Assembly: GCA_040954595.2 (NCBI GenBank)
Contig: CM082583.2
Location: 9,348,254-9,412,253 of the forward strand
Origin: Balanoglossus misakiensis
Lineage: Eukaryota; Animalia; Hemichordata
Length of the DNA stretch: 64,000 bases
Direction: 5' to 3'
Below are positions 25,625-39,300 of the stretch, one piece after another. The position numbers and the translations under genes were made by a program. A model generated the notes under the pieces. The model did no database searches, had not been told where the DNA came from, and worked only from the letters and a program-made list of their open reading frames with translations. Position 1 is the stretch's first letter, and each line of letters begins with the position of its first letter.

Positions 25625-25960
25625 AGGAGAAAGAGAGAGGGAGAGTGAGGGAGCGAGAGAGAGAGAGATTATCTTTATACAAATGAGCAAAGTTTACAAG
25701 AAGTTGTTAAAGGCTTTCAGAAATGAGTACATGTAATTTCCTTCAGGGGTCATTACTGTGACTGCCGTTCTCTTTAATGCATTGAAATCACTTGGCCGAT
25801 TTTTGTGTGTGCACTTACTGAAATTGGTTTTTCTGAATGGCCGAGTACAAACCAGTCATTGTCAAGATTAACGCTTTGTTCTGGTGCAGAGATTTACAGT
25901 ATTGCTTCCCTGCATCTGAATAAAAATTGTGTGAGCGAGAGAGAGTGAGAGAGAGAGAGA
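25625..25960. repeat. Two imperfect (GA)n tracts (~25625-25667 and ~25935-25960)
   Basis: Directly visible. Confidence 0.7.
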
Positions 25961-27205
25961 TTTGTGTGGCCTAGTTCCAGAACAAACATCAAAAGTAATG
26001 GAAACTGGAGAAAATCTGAATTTGTGTGAGCTGGACTATCTGAGTGGGAACGTGCACATGCAATCAGCCAAAAGGTTCAGGTGTATTTAACATTGATCAG
26101 ATTAAGTACTTGTATATAAGTATATTGCATTGAATTTGACACACTTGTATAATCTTTAGGAGATGGACAAACTCGCCTATGGGTGATTTTGATAAGCAAA
26201 AACGTCATGTCCTGTGTTCAGTGCAAAACAGATTTTACAAGATATGAAATTTTGCCTGCGAATGATTTTGAATCAAAAGAAGGTTCGATTGGCAAAATGT
26301 CTATAGCCTAATATACTGTACAAAGAAAAATTTCGACAGATGTGAGATTATTATGGAAGCCTCAATGAAACTCAATCTCCATATTATCCATGGATACACA
26401 TCTTAGTAGTATTCTCAAGAGTTGGAGGGTTTGACTAGGATTGTTTGTTCCTGGGATTTTCTTCCCAACCTAGATTTTTTTTTCTTGGTTTCTGCCAGTT
26501 CCTGCTGTGCAAGGCTTAAACCTCGATTACAGTATATAATACTCTCATCACTTTCGTATAAATCTGTCTTCACTTGTAGAACAAGCTTATGGAACATCCA
26601 AGGCTCTCTGTAACTTCCATTTTTCCCTCTGGCGGTAACACACAGATACACATTTATTCCCACTGTGGCACCCGGACTGACGCAGTATTGGAAGCCAGAC
26701 TACAGCAGTTTTTGTTTGAAATAAAAATCAGGTGTTTGTGTTTGCTTTAGGCGTTTGGTGCACTAGCTGGCACAACAACATCACTTAATTCGTACATCAA
26801 CATTTTAGCTAGACATTTTATTGAGAAAAGCAACAGGGAGAAACAGTAATTACAGCAACAAGAAAATCAAGCTAGATTTGTCTGGAGATGATAGGAATTA
26901 AGCCAGTCAGCTGAGTTCCATGTGATTTGATTTTGATGGAACGTACGTTGTACAGAAGGGAAGACATTAGACACAAAACCTACAGAATCAACATTTAGTA
27001 TTCACAGCACCATGCTATTCCGTGCATCTGTAATAAAAGAAGATGGATTGACTGAACCAGTATACATGTACAGATAAATGAGTTATCTACAACCAACAGT
27101 GGCACCAAATCGGCTGAACTGGAAGGTATAGAAATTATTAGTGCATTAAACACTCAAGGCTCTGAGTTACAAAGATGTAGTTTCTTTGAAGAAAATTAGT
27201 GCCCC

Positions 27206-27237
<32 letters not shown>

Positions 27238-30200
27238 ATGGCATGATTTGACTTGTAGCACACAGAGAAAAAAGGTGAAATACAGACAGGCATTGTCAGC
27301 ACTGGCGGCTGCACTTGCCTGATGGTCATTGACAACTTATATAACAGTCCACCATTGACTGCCTGCAGGGTATAAAAAGGTTAATTGACTACAATCTGCA
27401 GACATTACATGGTGAATTATACTTAACATAATAAATAAACACAAATTACTGATAGAAGGAACAGTGGGTTCTTCGACCCAGTGGGAGATCTCATCAGGCT
27501 GGTTTAAAGACTGCTTGAAGTATAAGAACACATAATGTTCCAACATCTCTAGATGTTTACACGCTGCTGACAACTTGCCCGTAGCTATACAGTGCACAAT
27601 TTGCTACGTACATTATTGATAGATTTTCTGAGAACACTGTGGCTTTAAAATCCAGTCGAATCCGATCATATGGATTTTGCTGTATGCCCAGCAGTTCTAA
27701 GGGGGTGGCCAATTCACTTAAAGGAGGGAGGTCATTTCAGTTTATGGCAGTAGACACTTAAAGGGTTTTACAATGCACCTCTTTGGGAGGGTATACTGTA
27801 TACTATCATATTGATTATGCGGAAAGCTGACCCATGTTTCTCCTTGTTACCTTCAAATTAAACATTTTATTTACAAGTTTCATTCGAAGGGGGAAAAGAC
27901 CAATAAACAGCAAATAAATTAATAGGTGATTTTTTTCTTCAAATTATGTTGTGTATTAATTTACATTTTGTAGAGTCAGAAATTGAACAGCCTGGTTTCA
28001 TTTAATTAGAGGTTGAAATGGGAAGTATCGCATGAAAGAAAGCTCAGGTTTAACAGTGCTCATGGAAAGTACCCCACTTCAAAGCAAAGTACACTCACTG
28101 AAATTGAATATTGTCTACTCGCATGTAATTATAAAAACTAATAGAATTTGAGACGAGTGGTGTACGTGCTACAGAAAGATGGTGTATTATTGTTGCTGGT
28201 TGTGAACGAGTTTCCAATGTTTTTTTCAGTTTAAGCAAATAAATTTTCCATAAATTTGTTGGTAATTATGTACAGCTATGACAGGTCTCTTTATTTTTAA
28301 CCGATTAAAATTAAAATACATATCTGATGCATCTGAGTCAGCTAACATGCAATGGTGTATTTTTCCTTCAGACACACATCGATGCATTCTGAAAGGAAAC
28401 TAAAGTGTTAGCCGTGCACCTTTGTCATTCATCTTGTCGTACGGTGAAATTTATGGCTCTGTTGAGAGCCTATAAATTCCTGCTTTGTTTGCCTTCATTA
28501 TTTTTCAAGTCGGAGATGAGTTCGTAACCTCGGGATGAGGCGTCGGCACGCGACACTCTGCACGTGCGGCAGACACTTAACACTTGAAAAACAACAGCCT
28601 GCAAATGAATATATAACCCTGAACAAGTTCTCAGTACAGCGTTTAGACTGAGGATTAATTGATCATTCGAGTAAAACGTACAGTATATAGCAATAGATGT
28701 CCCGATTTCAGGGCGATGCTCAAGGAATTTGAACTATTCGGGTGACCTTTGACTTTGCATAAATGAATAAATTACAATTAAAGCACTTAGTTCTATCAAT
28801 GTTTGTTCTTTGAAATGGGAGAGCTGTTGGTGATAGATGAACCGATTGGTGAATTAATGCGAAACTGTGTCTTTGTAACCTACATGCATCTGATTTCCCC
28901 ATTACTCTTTCCCGACCTGAACCAATTTCATAAAACTGGATTCTATATCATTCAGTTCTCTTTGCTACAATTTTTTTCGATACATTTTCCATTATTCTGT
29001 TATTTTCTCAGACAGCCTTCAACTTGTCTGCATGCGGTGACACATATTCTCCCAGTGAAATCCTGACTAGCATCAACTAACCTGTGTAATTTTTTAATAA
29101 CTTTGTGTGTGTATTATGGGTACAGACATCGAAGAGTACATTGCTCTCGATCAGCTATACAGTCTATGCAACAGTCTTTAATAATTCACAAATACCTCGA
29201 ATGAAACCGGCGGCTCAATTTCTCTGATAAGGACATCAATTATTGGAGCGTCTCAATATCCTCTTTCTCCCTATGGACCTCAGAGCTAAACCGCCATTCA
29301 CACAGCCTTCACTGCTGATTACAGCTGTCACACAGACGCACAGGTCCCTTTCCAGTAAATTTCACCGGTATTATCACTTTGGAATTGTGGGCCTTGGGGA
29401 GAATTGTTCTATTTTCTCACTTACAGTTTAAGACGGGAGACATTTGACTGGAAATAGAAATTGACCGGAGTATAACAAACCCAGGTGCGGTGGACTTTTT
29501 TCTTTCCATTATTTTTTATGCTGATATTTTTTACCGGTAATTCTTGAAGCGATGCTAATAACAGTTAAAAGTGTAGAAAATACCATGCATTAATTCTTCA
29601 TGCAGGTTTAGTGAAAATTTCCATTCATTTGTCATCCGCAGCTCTGAGTACATCATCCTGATCTTTGCTGATGTCCTCTAGCATACTGGATAAAGTGTGC
29701 ATCTAAAACAAAATTAAATACCGTCAATTGGTCGAGCTGGACCGTATTTCAAACTAATTACCCACTTTTATTAGTTCCCCTGCACAACAGCTTGTGCCGT
29801 TTGAAGTTCCACAGCCTTGATGCGCTAACAGCTGCCCTCTTTTGGCCAAACCAGGAGATTATGGCGAGGACGTATTAATCCATGGTATATCCCACAATGC
29901 CTTGCAGGTGAACCAGCACAGTTCTGTTTCTTGGGTCCAAATGCTTTCTTTCTTGCAATAGTGAAGTTAACCAGACCATCGGTGACTTTTTGACCATTTT
30001 TCTAATTATGGCGCAATATGTGAATATTTCCGAGCTGTTGAAAGTTTAAATGTGATATAAATGCTATCTCTCGTGTTACCAGATCTGAAATTGGTATTGT
30101 CATCAAGTCGTCTGTTATCAAAATATAGGAGAAAATCATTTACAGCAATATGGACCAATGGAAATGCATCCATAATTTTAAGGAAAACAGAGAAGAAAAG

Positions 30201-32409
30201 AAAGTTCCACTGGGACTAAAGATTTTAGCAAATGTAAAGTAACCTGGGGTGACATTATGTCTGAGATTAGTGCAGCGAGTTTTCTTATTTGCTCTTCTTT
30301 TGTTTAGATATGATATTTCAGATGTGATTGTCTGCTCCTTACATTTTTTTTGTAAACCTATGACTGACTGGAAATTAAGTTCATAGTACAGTGAACTAGT
30401 TTTGCTCTCTGTGGGCCCCGGCTTATCAAGCTACTTGAAAATGTTAATCTACAAAGTACAGTATAATTTCATCAAAATTACTGGTAACATGATGAAGTGT
30501 TCAGTTGTATGCTGGCCTTTTCCGTACAGTTTGCCTGATACAATGCAGCTCCACGCTCAAATATTCATGGTTTTTTCCTTCCCCATCCAAGGCCATTGTG
30601 AATTAATCCTCTGCTCTGTAATATTACTTTCATAGACTGTAAATCATAAAATATTTATGAACTGTCTGATTGAATTTGCGTAGGTGAGAATGCTTAAGTA
30701 ATTAAAAAAAAACACAGCAAAACCCCCTCACAGGTAAGAACCACGATTGGCTGTGTAGTGACAACCAATTCAATAGGTCCTTTGTCACGTTGCGGGTGTA
30801 ATTTCATATCGTCGGCGGTGTCAGTTTCAACACTTGATTCATATTGATTTTCTCTGTTGTTCATTTCTTCTCTCCTTCTTTGTTAAATCAGAAGTGATGT
30901 ATGAGTTCATTTTTCTCACCTATCCGTTGGATCCGAGTGTGGCGTGGCAGCATTGTTGCCGACATGTTTTATGGCAGTGGCCTAGCTGCTACAGTATCAA
31001 TATTGGCACAATTGCATTATTAAAACTACAGATGCATCTGGGTTGAAAATTTAAAAAAAGGAACCATCTCAATACTCTGAATTGTGAGTATTATGAATGA
31101 ATATTTTTTAGCAAGAGGTACAGACATGTATAATAAAAACTCTAGCAGATACATAATATGCAATGACAGGATGGTCAGTGTACAGTGTATTTTAACAGTG
31201 AATCAGATCAATATAAAAAGAATTGACAACTTAATAATGTTCATCAATAGAAACGATGTCAGTAAGTGATGGACGTAATAAAATCAAGTCACAAACATGA
31301 TATCATGAGGATACTTGATAGCTGCCAATGATACTCTTTGACTGAGCCTGTCTCTGGTTTCCATGACACCAGTTGTCCATGGCAACCAACATCACACACA
31401 TCTCCAGTTGTTAGTCTGTCACAGATGTTGCCATCCTGGTTTTAAATTCATACAATGCACAACAGTTTTTTAAATCGTTCCTAATTGTAACAGTCATTTG
31501 ATGTCAACTGATAATGCTCTGTGCTGTCACACGCCAAGAATTGATTTGTATCAAATATTTTTTTTTTCTATTGACAAAGACTGCAGTATAAAGTTTGATG
31601 TCAGAAAAAATGAGCGGACCCTTGTTTTGGACATGTTGAGCATCATATAACAGAAAGCTGAATTGACATTTTCGTAAGATCAAACTCCAATTATCTGTCA
31701 GTGTCAGCAATAACAATAGTTGTCATGTTCACGTAGACTATATTGTCAAGCAGTATACTGTACACATTCTGACATTTTACAGGGAGTATATGTAGACTAC
31801 TGAAAATCTTTTGTTGATACACGATGAAAGTTACAGCTTCTGTCCCTTTAATGCGTCGCCAAGAGATGCAAATACAAGTAATATATGGCTTACTGGTGAT
31901 GTTTTTAAAGGATAGGGAGAAGATTTGAAGTATTTTATTGTGGAAGAAAATTGTGAAATTTTGCACCTCATGGGGCATTACTTGGCACGCGAAGATGATA
32001 AGAAATCTGTAGCAGTCCAACTTTACCATAGAAAAACACTGCATTTGGATCAAACCATTGCGGTGAAAGGGATAAATGTTGGTGGTGTAGCGTGCCACCA
32101 GTCCAAATCCGACCTTGAGAATTAAGTACAGACTATACTTCTTGCTGTGAACTGCTTGAAACATTTTACCTACTTTGCAGGGCACAGGCGAAAGTGTTAA
32201 ATGGTGCATGACTCTGACAGGCAAATTTGCTCATATACTGGAAAATGATTTTTTCCTCTGGTTTCCTTTAATGGTACGCTGTTTCAACCCCCAGGTGCTG
32301 CCCATAACTCAAGATGAATACTTCCAGTAGTGCATTTTTCATGAATTTGCCCTTGAAATGCTGTCAAGGACATCAGTCGTCAGGAGTCCAGGTTGGATGT
32401 TAGCTTTAA

Positions 32410-32598
32410 AGGGTATATAGTCACCTCTAATTTTCACATGCCCATATATGGTTAAAATGGCATGATTAAATCGTTGGATGACCAACATATGGTGGCGCAC
32501 TAAATTTTCTTCACATGGCCTGCGAAAATTTGTCATTGGCTAGATCTCAAATTGCCATGGTAACTATGGCTAAATTTGCACAAGTGGACCATATACCT
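32410..32598. mobile_element. Kolobok-like MITE, copy 2 (diverged, opposite orientation)
   Basis: ttaa-AGGGTATATAGTCACCT ... GTGGACCATATACCT-ttag. The internal ttggctagatctcaaattgccat is a near-perfect reverse complement of atggcaaattgagatctagccaa in copy 1. Confidence 0.75.
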
Positions 32599-33749
32599 TT
32601 AGTGTCAATTTCATTGAATGACTGTGTCACAGAAATCAAGGCTTAAGTATGAAAGTCCAGTCAATGAAGAAGATTGAGGGGTTTGCAAAAAGAGAATTTT
32701 CATAGTTACAGATTAATACTTCCGTTGTTCCATTGAATCCAGCAAAATTCCAAGGAGACGCTCTTTGATAGGAAAGCCGAAGGAATCTATCAAACTTTAT
32801 TGTACTTCAAATAAGGTGATCAGTTGCATATAACTATAGGTAGACTCCCATGATATTTAAACTAACAGAGGCAGTCATGTCAGCATAATCTTCCCAGAAA
32901 CTTTCTGGGGATAAAGTCAGTTTTAATATAAAAGCTCGTAAAACACAAGTCAGCGTGTATTCCCAGCAGTCAGAGTTTTTTCATCTGATGTCTCCAAGGA
33001 AGTGCTTGCGTTTTCTTTGTGACCCGATCGCCACCTGAGCCCTGCACGACTTGGATGTTGTGTGAAACAAACAGCTGCAGTACATGCAAGTCCTCAAATA
33101 GGATTCGCCGTTTTCAGTCATGTGATACAGGACATCGTACAGTGTGGCTGCCTGTATCAGAAACACCATCTTTATCGGGGTACAGATCTGTCGCCATGGC
33201 ATTGAACGAGTATCTTTTAATCACATGTTCCACTTTGTCAGAACACGAGAATCTTCTCACATTAACAGAGAAATTGTTTTAAGCAGACTTCGATTTCTTT
33301 TACAAGCAAGTAGCGATTGTTGATGAATAAAGACATTGCCCTCACTGCGTGTGTACAGAACTTGATAATGCATTCTACATATACACCTCTGGACATCATC
33401 TGTCCGTTTCACAAGACTGACATATCATTCTGACTGGAGATTTCTAAGAGCCTGAAATGAACAATCGCAAATCCACTCACCAAGAATGGGAAGTTTCGTT
33501 AAGTATAGGCAGCAGACGGACTGCTGCCCAGCGATACTAAACCACTCCACTGTAATTGCCATAACTGTCAGGTTTTCGATTATACCAATTGCTGGTGAAT
33601 TTCACGTGGAGCAAATTTAAGACGCAGTATGCTTTCTGCTCTGCAGGGAAAGCAGAATTAGGAGCCCTGAATTGCAAGTATAGGTTCAGTGTGGGATAGT
33701 GTTGAAGGCACTATAAGGACTGTATTGTTGGACCTTACAGTGTTAGTGC

Positions 33750-33791
33750 ATTGATTGGTTGATTGATTGATTGATTAATTGATTGATTGAT
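33750..33791. repeat. (GATT)n microsatellite
   Basis: Imperfect tetranucleotide repeat, directly visible. Confidence 0.8.
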
Positions 33792-36308
33792 ATTGCTTGA
33801 TGCACCTCCCCAAGGGTAACGTTTTCAAGGTCGAGACAATTTCTGGTAAACTTAGAAAATTATACCCATAATGCCCCTCTCCAAAGTCAAAGACTCCAAT
33901 CAGTATTTAGACTTGATATAATCCTTTGATGTATTAATACAAGGGCACGTACTGGAATCTCACAAAAAATATTTTCTGCAGAACATATCCTATAACTATA
34001 ATCAGAGTAACACTAAAGCCTGATAACATGGTTCTTCAGTACGAGTCAGTCAACCTTTACAGAGGAAGGAAATGCATCAACCCTTGATTATGCCAAACCC
34101 AAAAGCTCTTGTACATAATGTTGAAGTGACGTTTTATCAAACCCCATGTCTCTGACAGTCATCTGCACGAAATGGCAGATCCGATGTAGACAACAGCCAG
34201 ACATGTCTGAATCAAGCTTTAATAGTACGATATCTCCAACTTTTCCAGTTCACTGTGCTAGGAAATTGACGGGGTCAGCTTTATGCAAGTCCTGTCTGGC
34301 TACATGAAAGGTACACGACTTGGCAATCAGGGAACTAAATCGCATCCATCACACAGCCTAATCATTTATGTTGCACCCTAATGGTCATTTCTCTCGTCAT
34401 TTCCCTTCGCAATGTTTTCGGAACGACTTCTTACCTTGCCTTCTTAATTCTCTTGAACCGCGTACACACCCGTACTGCTTGTCTGATGTTGGCTTGTTTT
34501 AATGGCAGCCATGCCGGTCAAATTGCCATCGGATTGAATCCGTAAAAAGGGGGCTCAGACTTTACATTCCACTCTAGAGATTATGTATGACCCATTGCAG
34601 AATACACATTTCTTTTGCAACATCACATGAAGGCCGGAAGCCAATGAACTGCCGTACAATTGGTCTATTTCAGTGATGACAACTTGAGATGTGTTCTGCA
34701 ATACCATCAGAGACAGGTACATGCTAATTGTGCATATAATCACTTTTATTAGAGGACATAAAAGATTATTTTTTTCTCAGGAGGTGATAATGAGATTATC
34801 AAACAATTAAATGGTAAATGTATGACCTGAACTTTGACATTGAACTTTTGAGCTTGCTGTAAGGTTAGATGTTATCTATAAGCTGTCAAAGTGGACTTTA
34901 ATCAGGATAAAGCTCACTAATATTTCAAGCAAGTATTTCAAGTGCATTTGTGGGCAAGTTTTGCAAGAAAAATTTGAACAAGACTTTCATACCACAATAA
35001 AGTTTTTAAAACTGACCGGGCTGAGAGTGTGTCATTACGAAGGAGGTGTCTGATACATCATCGGTTGACATGCTATGTGCAGACCTGTTCCGTATTAGTG
35101 CATTATCACCAGGGAAACAAAATGAAATTTCATTATCCTGTAAAACATCTTGATTGACAGTTTCCCACTTCAGTGAAACCATTTGCGATATTAATCCGTG
35201 ACTGTGGGTCACACCAGAAGTGTGTGTGTGTATCTTCCAGAGTAATGTTTTATCGACCGTCAGAACATTCTAATTGATGCTTTTTGTATTCCTATGGGAG
35301 CGAGGTAGAGCCACGACTATCAACAGTGATGGTGGAAAAGTTCATTTGACCTCTGCGTATTTCCTGGACATCTGTGACCTAGAAAAAAAAGAAGTATTTT
35401 CTACTTTTCGTAGACGCCATTGTAGCTATAGTGCTACCATTTTAATGTTAAAGCCCCACTCCATCCAACAGGATGTTCAGCTAAACCTTTTGAACAAAAA
35501 CTAGTCTAGACTTTTATTAAAATACGACAAAACAACACAGGCTGTTAGGAATAAGAATAATTTTTAATGAAATTCCTGGGAAAAATTGTGCAGCCTAATT
35601 ATTCTGAAGGGAAATCTTGAGAAATATATCGCAAGAAGTACACGAGTCTGAATATAGGCAGAATATTTGGAGCATGATTTTTTTCAATCAAGCCTTGGAG
35701 ATAAAATATTGACAAGTCTCAAAAGCCATCCATCATCTGTTTAATAACAGGTAAATATCTGCTGATAGCCAGGTTTGACACTTGGGTCTTTGCAGTTTTC
35801 CAACACGGCCTTTATCGCAACGTAATGAGATTTCCATCATCGTGGGAGAATGGGCCTGAAATTACTTTCTGGCCATTTCATATATATTGTATTGTTACGG
35901 CTTTCTTCGGATGCTGTTAAAAATTAATTGCTGGAGATGAGGGTGCCGTGCCAGACAATAAAAAACTCGGCAGGCCATTTGAAGTTTTCTCTTCATGTCA
36001 TATAGAAAACTAGAAGTCATCAACGGCTCAAATCACTTGATCTGACGTGACTATTGATGGCATCTTTAGATGCAGAAATTCAGTTTATATTGCGTGAAGA
36101 TTTATTCATGTAATTTTTGTGTTCTACCTGCTGGCTGGGAAAAGAATTTAATTTTTTGTCATTTCCAGAGGTGTTATTTTTTATTGTTCATGTGTAGCTG
36201 TCGCAACACAACTCATCTGCTGATGTGAAATGTCGTGCGTAGAGAGGTCGAACTCTTCAGTCACGTACGTCTTGTGTGGGTTATAGAGATCTCCAGAAAC
36301 GTTGCATG

Positions 36309-39300
36309 CCCTTACAAAAATGCCAACAAAGCAGCAGCTCTGCAGCAGCCTTCAGCAGCTCTGCAGCAGTTCTGCTGTGAAGGCATTGTGGTGCTCTTGC
36401 AGACACGCTGTGGTGTTCTCGCAGAGAGTGTCTCTGCAGCAGAGGCAATGCGGCAGGTCGCAACTAAATGTGGCTCTACAGTAGAGGTGGTAATCTTTGC
36501 AATAAGGACACAAGAGCTTGCCGCAAAGTAGCCGCAAAGATGCAAGGCTTTTCTCTATGCAGAAATGATGCAAGAATAATTCTCAAAGCACAAATCCATG
36601 CAGCAGGGACACAAGAATTGACCTCCAACTTTGGTTGACCTTAATTGATATCAGGTGATGTGAAACAAAGCTAGTAATTGGCCAAAGTCATTTTGCCGCC
36701 ATTTTCTAAACTTGCAAGCTTCAAACTACAAGTCTCCAGCTAGCTGCCACATCATGAGTATGTTCAGGTGGACTGTCTTTCATTTAATGCTTTTGGATGT
36801 CCCAGATGCCAACACAGAGGTAAAGTAGAAGACACTGATCATCCAAGTGTGCATCTGAAAATATTTTACAGAACTTGGAATGGGAAGACAGCTAGATGAT
36901 AGATCCCAAGTTTCTTCAAGTTCAAGCTAGGCAGGCATTACATTTTTTAAACATTGATTGTTGACACATATTTTACTGGATTTATTCGTATCTTGTTATT
37001 TGAGTAATGCAGTGATGTTGATGATCGATGTTGAGATATTTTTATGGCTGAACTTATTCAGGCATTTACGGGCTGGGTTGTTTTGATGATGCCGATTACT
37101 GTTGGTTGGCCCTGTCAGACGATCAGAACAGATCAGTGTCTGGCAGCAACTGTTGCTAGCCACCATGAAATAACCTAATTTGCATGTGAAAAAACAGCTC
37201 TGCCGCATCTCCACTGCTGGAGAGCTGCAGCAAACCTATTGCAGAGCTATCAGTGCGGCAGGGCTGCAGCATTTCTGTAGCGTATGTACTGGATGCGGCA
37301 AGGATGCGACAGTCTCTGCCGCAGCTCTGCAGAATCACCTAATTTGCATGTGAAAAAACAGCTCTGCCGCATCTCCACTGCTGGAGAGCTGCAGCAAACC
37401 TATTGCAGAGCTATCAGTGCGGCAGGGCTGCAGCATTTCTGTAGCGTATGTACTGGCTGCGGCAAGGATGCGGCGGTCTCTGCCGCAGCTCTGCAGAATC
37501 ACCTAATTTGCATGTGAAAAAACAGCTCTGCCGCATCTCCACTGCTGGAGAGCTGCGGCAAACCTATTGCAGAGCTATCAGTGCGGCAGGGCTGCAGCAT
37601 TTCTGTAGCGTATGTACCGGATGCGGCAAGGTTGCGGCAGTCTCTGCCGCAGCTCTGCAGAATCACCTAATTTGCATGTGAAAAAACAGCTCTGCCGCAT
37701 CTCCACTGCTGGAGAGCTGCAGCAAACCTATTGCAGAGCTATCAGTGCGGCAGGGCTGCAGCATTTCTGTAGCGTATGTACTGGCTGCGGCAAGGATGCG
37801 GCAGTCTCTGCCGCAGCTCTGCAGAATCACCTAATTTGCATGCGAAAAAACAGCTCTGCCGCATCTCCACTGCTGGAGAGCTGCAGCAAACCTATTGCAG
37901 AGCTATCAGTGCGGCAGGGCTGCAGCATTTCTGTAGCGTATGTACTGGATGCGGCAAGGTTGCGGCAGTCTCTGCCGCAGCTCTGCAGAATCACCTAATT
38001 TGCATGTGAAAAAACAGCTCTGCCGCGTCTCCACTGCTGGAGAGCTGCAGCAAACCTATTGCAGAGCTATCAGTGCGGCAGGGCTGCAGCATTTCTGTAG
38101 CGTATGTACTGGCTGCGGCAAGGATGCGGCAGTCTCTGCCGCAGCTCTGCAGAATCACCTAATTTGCATGCGAAAAAACAGCTCTGCCGCATCTCCACTG
38201 CTGGAGAGCTGCAGCAAACCTATTGCAGAGCTATCAGTGCGGCAGGGCTGCAGCATTTCTGTAGCGTATGTACTGGATGCGGCAAGGATGCGGCAGTCTC
38301 TGCCGCAGCTCTGCAGAATCACCTAATTTGCATGTGAAAAAACAGCTCTGCCGCATCTCCACTGCTGGAGAGCTGCAGCAAACCTATTGCAGAGCTATCA
38401 GTGCGGCAGGGCTGCAGCATTTCTGTAGCGTATGTACTGGCTGCGGCAAGGATGCGGCAGTCTCTGCCGCAGCTCTGCAGAATCACCTAATTTGCATGCG
38501 AAAAAACAGCTCTGCCGCATCTCCACTGCTGGAGAGCTGCAGCAAACCTATTGCAGAGCTATCAGTGCGGCAGGGCTGCAGCATTTCTGTAGCGTATGTA
38601 CTGGATGCGGCAAGGTTGCGGCAGTCTCTGCCGCAGCTCTGCAGAATCACCTAATTTGCATGTGAAAAAACAGCTCTGCCGCATCTCCACTGCTGGAGAG
38701 CTGCAGCAAACCTATTGCAGAGCTATCAGTGCGGCAGGGCTGCAGCATTTCTGTAGCGTATGTACTGGATGCGGCAAGGTTGCGGCAGTCTCTGCCGCAG
38801 CTCTGCAGAATCACCTAATTTGCATGCGAAAAAACAGCTCTGCCGCATCTCCACTGCTGGAGAGCTGCAGCAAACCTATTGCAGAGCTATCAGTGCGGCA
38901 GGGCTGCAGCATTTCTGTAGCGTATGTACTGGCTGCGGCAAGGATGCGGCAGTCTCTGCCGCAGCTCTGCAGAATCACCTAATTTGCATGTGAAAAAACA
39001 GCTCTGCCGCATCTCCACTGCTGGAGAGCTGCAGCAAACCTATTGCAGAGCTATCAGTGCGGCAGGGCTGCAGCATTTCTGTAGCGTATGTACTGGATGC
39101 GGCAAGGATGCGGCAGTCTCTGCCGCAGCTCTGCAGAATCACCTAATTTGCATGCGAAAAAACAGCTCTGCCGCATCTCCGCTGCTGGAGAGCTGCAGCA
39201 AACCTATTGCAGAGCTATCAGTGCGGCAGGGCTGCAGCATTTCTGTAGCGTATGTACTGGATGCGGCAAGGTTGCGGCAGTCTCTGCCGCAGCTCTGCAG

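Noticed and set aside
31691-32224. 177-aa - strand ORF
   Set aside because: It has a non-ATG start, AT-rich random-like composition, and no domain or splice support.
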